From Psammoneis japonica (lineage: Eukaryota), in assembly GCA_008632985.1 (NCBI GenBank), contig QPGO01000056.1, positions 1 to 64,000 on the forward strand: 64,000 bases of DNA, in the 5' to 3' direction. This document shows positions 60,601 to 64,000 of the stretch, in pieces. The first letter of the stretch is position 1. Each line of letters starts with the position of its first letter. Both the position numbers and the translations under genes were made by a program. The notes beneath the pieces are model-generated. The model was not told where the DNA came from. It did no database searches and worked only from the letters and a program-made list of their open reading frames with translations.

Positions 60601-63600
60601 CACGGTCACACGTAATTGACGATGGCCAAGGACATCCACTTGGCCACATCCTTTCCAACAGCCCAGCTGCAGCTGTGGATTCCTTGTTTGGAATTTCCAC
60701 AACTTCAAACCATCTGGTTGCCAGATCAGTCATTGTCAAACATTTTGCAGGTCCAATGAGATCCACACATGGTTGTTCCCATGGCACTGATTCTGCACAC
60801 CCAGGAGGCAAATGTCCACATTTCTTGTGTTTCTTTTTGAATTTCTTGCACGTCTCACATTTTGACATGCATTTTTGCATGTCTTCATGCAAGGCAGACC
60901 ACCACAAGTGTTGTGAGATTGTTTCTTCTGTTCTGTTTGTGCCACGGTGAAGAAGGTGCACATGGCGCCAATCCATCACCGCTTTTTGTAACGTCTTTGG
61001 AACAATGATTTCACCCTTGTGACACATGAGCAACCAGTCTCGCTCACCTCCACAAAAAGTCTTTGCATGAAATGTCTCTTTGGACAATTTGGAGAGAATG
61101 TCTTTGTCCCATTTTTGTTCAGCATCAAGAACTTTGCACGTCAACGGAAAGACATTGTCGTGAGATTTTGGTGGGACCTTTTCAGCCATTTCTTCTGTGC
61201 TGAGATTTTCCATGGGTTCTGTGTTTCTGATGGCAAGTCGGCTGATTGCATCTGCAACAATGTTGGCCTTGCCCTTGAGGTAAATTATTTTGGGGCTGTG
61301 TTCTTCTGTTGTCAGACGCCAACGCGTGACTCTGTCCATTGTGAAATTTTTGTGTGTGAGATTTTTGTGATCCACACACACATTTGTCTGTTGGCCAAAC
61401 AGTGTGTTCTGGAATTCTTTGAGTGTTTCCACAATGGACAGCAGTTCTTTTTCCATTGCAGCATGATGTGTCTGTGCTCCATTCAGCTTGCGGCTGTAGA
61501 AAGCAACAGGTTGGTTGTTCTGCGCAATGACTGCCCCCAATTGAGAATTGCTTGCATCAGCATGCACCTCAAAGGGTGTTTTAAAATTCAGACATGACAA
61601 CAACACATCTCTGGAGATGATGCGCTTCACATTTTTGAAGGCTTTTTGTTCTGTTTTGGTCCATTGCCACTTTGCCTTGGATGAGGTGAGTTTGACAAAA
61701 GGAGCCACAATGTGAGATTGTCGAGGCCACATGTCTTGACAGCAGTTGATCAACCGACAAAGCATTGCAATTCCTTGCAAGTTTTGGGAGCTGCAATCAC
61801 GTGAATTACTTCCACTTTTTTTGGCATTGGACTGATGCCATTGTGAGCAACATGAAAGCCCAGACAGTCTGCTTTGGGTTTGGCAAAGAAGGGCTTTTTG
61901 GCATTGACCTTCAACCCGGCTTGTTCAAGGCATGTGAACACCCTTTCAAGCTTTTTGAGATGGTCTTGAAAGTCTCCTTTTGCAAGGCACAACATGTCAT
62001 CAACACAAGTCCTGACGAACTCCAGACCTGCCATGAGTTCACTCACGTGCTCTTGAAAAACATCTGGAGCTCCGCAGATTCTCACAGGCAGCCTGCAGCA
62101 CTCATGTTTGCCCCAAGGCATGATGATTGTGCACAAGCAACGTGCGTGCAGAGTTGATTTGATGTGACAGCATCCCATGTTCAAATCAAGTGAAGTGGCA
62201 TGCATGAAACCCTTGAGCTTCTGCAGCACATCTTGAACATTGGGTGGAGGAAATGGATCACACATTGACCTCTCATTTGGTTCACAAAAGTCTGATGGGA
62301 ACCAAACTTGACCAATTTTCTTTGGCTGAACAAAGGTTGGAGCTGCCCATTTGCAACAATTGATTTTTCTTAAGACCTTTGGCTTGCACAGTCTTTCAAC
62401 TTCCTTTCCAGCAGTCACCTCCAAGGCTTGTGATGTGGGAAATGGCTTTGTGTGATGCGGACTTGCACCCGATTTCAACTTGAGATCCACTGGTTTCCCA
62501 GTCTGTTTGCCCAGAGAACCATCAAAAAGATCCTCAAATCTTTTTAGAAGAAAGTTCAGTTGTTTTTGCTCCTCTGGAGTTAGATGAGTTGCTGCTGCAG
62601 CCACATTGTTGAGGTCAGCAGCATGATGATCTGAGTCAAGGATCCAATTGACTGTGTCATTAAGACCAATCACGGCATGAGATTCCTCAATGTGATTGGC
62701 AACAAACTTGAAAACATTGGCATTGAAGAGTGTGTCAATGTTCTTCACAGGTGCAGTTGCTTCTTCCTGTTTGATTTCTTCATTCAAAAAGTCCAATGTG
62801 ACTCCAAGACTGGACAACAAGTTGCATCCCATGATCACATCACAACAACTGGAGGAAGAAGGGGTGTTGTCAACATGTGCTGAAGTTTCCATCATCTCAT
62901 GTTTGTCAAATTCAAGTGAGGTGAAATGGATTTTACACTGACTGTCAGTCGTGAAGAGTCCTCCTTTGGTTTCCCAAATTTTGGTGGCAGATTCTTTGGT
63001 TCTGAGTTTCCGCGTGAATTTGTGCAAAATTGTTGTTGACGATCTTCCGCTGTCAAGGAGAATGCACAGAGGCTTGTTTTTTCCTTGCCCAAGGATGCAT
63101 TCACATGGGCAATGACTTCTGGACCAGAGTGAATTGCTTTGGCCTTTTTCCTTGTCTTTCTAGCAACATCCAGCAACACACAAGACTCCTCTGGTGGAGT
63201 GAGTCATTCTTCAAAATCGCTGTGGGTCAATTTTTCAAATTGACGGTTTTCCTCACTGAGGGCATCTGAGTCATGATCCTTGCTCTTGCGCTTTGCATCA
63301 TTGTTCGGGCAACTCAACTTGAACATTTTTTGAACTGCCTTGTCAATCATGGCATTCAGCTCTTCTTTGCGAGTGGCGTTTCCATTGTTGCGACATGACC
63401 ATGTGCGATTGCCATTCGAACAATGCCGTTTTTGATCACGCCCACAATTTCCATTGCATTCCTTGGCAAGTTTTTTAATGACCCAGCATTTGTGTGTGTG
63501 TTGTGAGTGTCCTTTTTGCAGCACTTACACCACTTTTCAGGATCATCTCGTTCAGCACCAGATTGGCAACCATTTTTGGAACCATGACTGGATCCATCTT

Positions 63601-64000
63601 TGGCTTTTGACCCAGGCTTGCCACTGGCATCAGCCTTGACATTGACAGAGTCAAAGATGTCCTCAGCAACCTCCAGTCACTCCAAGAACTCCACCAACTC
63701 ATCACAGGCATGCTTTAAATTCTTGAAACCTTGAAGAGTCAACTGGCGCTGCCATTTGCATGGCACAAGGTTGTAAAAGACATCCTTGAGCTTGTTGCCC
63801 TTGAGCTTCTGATCTTCTGCAAAGGGAGGACAATGCTTGAGGTCTTCGTTGACTTCTTGGATCCAAGTGGCGATTTCTCGGATCTTCATGGTTTCTGGTT
63901 TCTTGAGATCATGATGTGGATGAAGCTTTTGAATCTGGAGAGTGTTCTTTGGAAATGCGTGCCTTGTGAGGTGTTGCAGACATTTTTTGAAGGCTGCTTT
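53190..64000. other. CpG/TpA-depleted domain E (includes N-gap 58756-58934)
   Basis: Abrupt loss of TA and CG after ~53190 that persists to the window end. Confidence 0.88.
60330..64000 (-). mobile_element. Degenerate Ty3/Gypsy LTR retrotransposon (gag-PR-RT-RNaseH-IN), truncated by window end
   Basis: gag (PPFAEDQKL...LVPCKWQRQL...DELVEFLE), protease ILLDSG (~63045-63063), RT (WAAPTF, SLDLNMGCCHI, RTCVDD), RNase H (ADASNSQLGAVI, FYSRKL, EKELLSIVETLKEF, DHKNL), integrase (HVHLLH...C..C, DLIGP, CDRGSEF) and a decayed GPY/F tail (LEQPCAGPH). Order PR-RT-RH-IN. Confidence 0.93.

Noticed and set aside
60521..63027. Alternative genetic code or RNA editing restoring Tyr in Gypsy pol
   Set aside because: The same dinucleotide shift affects non-coding DNA and all frames, the element also has frameshifts and deletions, and neighbouring genes use the standard code.
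1..64000. CRISPR array, rRNA or tRNA genes, prokaryotic defence operon
   Set aside because: No regular repeat-spacer structure or RNA gene motifs seen. The short direct repeats (4140-4214, 4735-4930) have only two units, and the context is eukaryotic.

Overview
Eukaryotic nuclear scaffold, most likely from a pennate diatom. Evidence: GT-AG introns, an ASAFAP-type plastid presequence on ClpB, diatom-type Cys-rich repeat proteins and diatom-like Copia/Gypsy remnants. There are two N-gaps. Ordinary gene islands (~6.8-8.6, 15.2-39.0, 40.6-47.8, 49.8-53.2 kb) alternate with sharply bounded repeat/TE domains (~0.5-6.7, 8.6-15.2, 39.1-40.5, 47.9-49.7, 53.2-64 kb) in which both CpG and TpA are almost absent and TpG/CpA are in large excess. 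A host-gene duplicate with one copy inside and one outside such a domain, and the decayed Gypsy pol (Tyr codons turned to His/Cys, YIDD->CVDD), show this is mutational: CG->TG/CA together with TA->TG/CA on both strands. The TA component runs opposite to fungal RIP and appears to act by chromosomal domain rather than on both duplicates. This is the main candidate novel system. The islands hold an F-box/SirB1-like gene, a DUF2314-like gene, a Yippee-like Zn/LRR-like gene, exportin-2 (CSE1) plus three truncated CSE1 N-terminal paralogs with new hydrophobic tails, a Cys-rich surface protein, an RraA/HMG-aldolase gene, DUF3179, plastid ClpB, V-ATPase subunit a, a bromodomain-PWWP protein and a RETSAT/CrtISO-like oxidoreductase. 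Many single-base frameshifts in conserved genes look like homopolymer assembly errors. All family calls come from motif recognition, not database searches.
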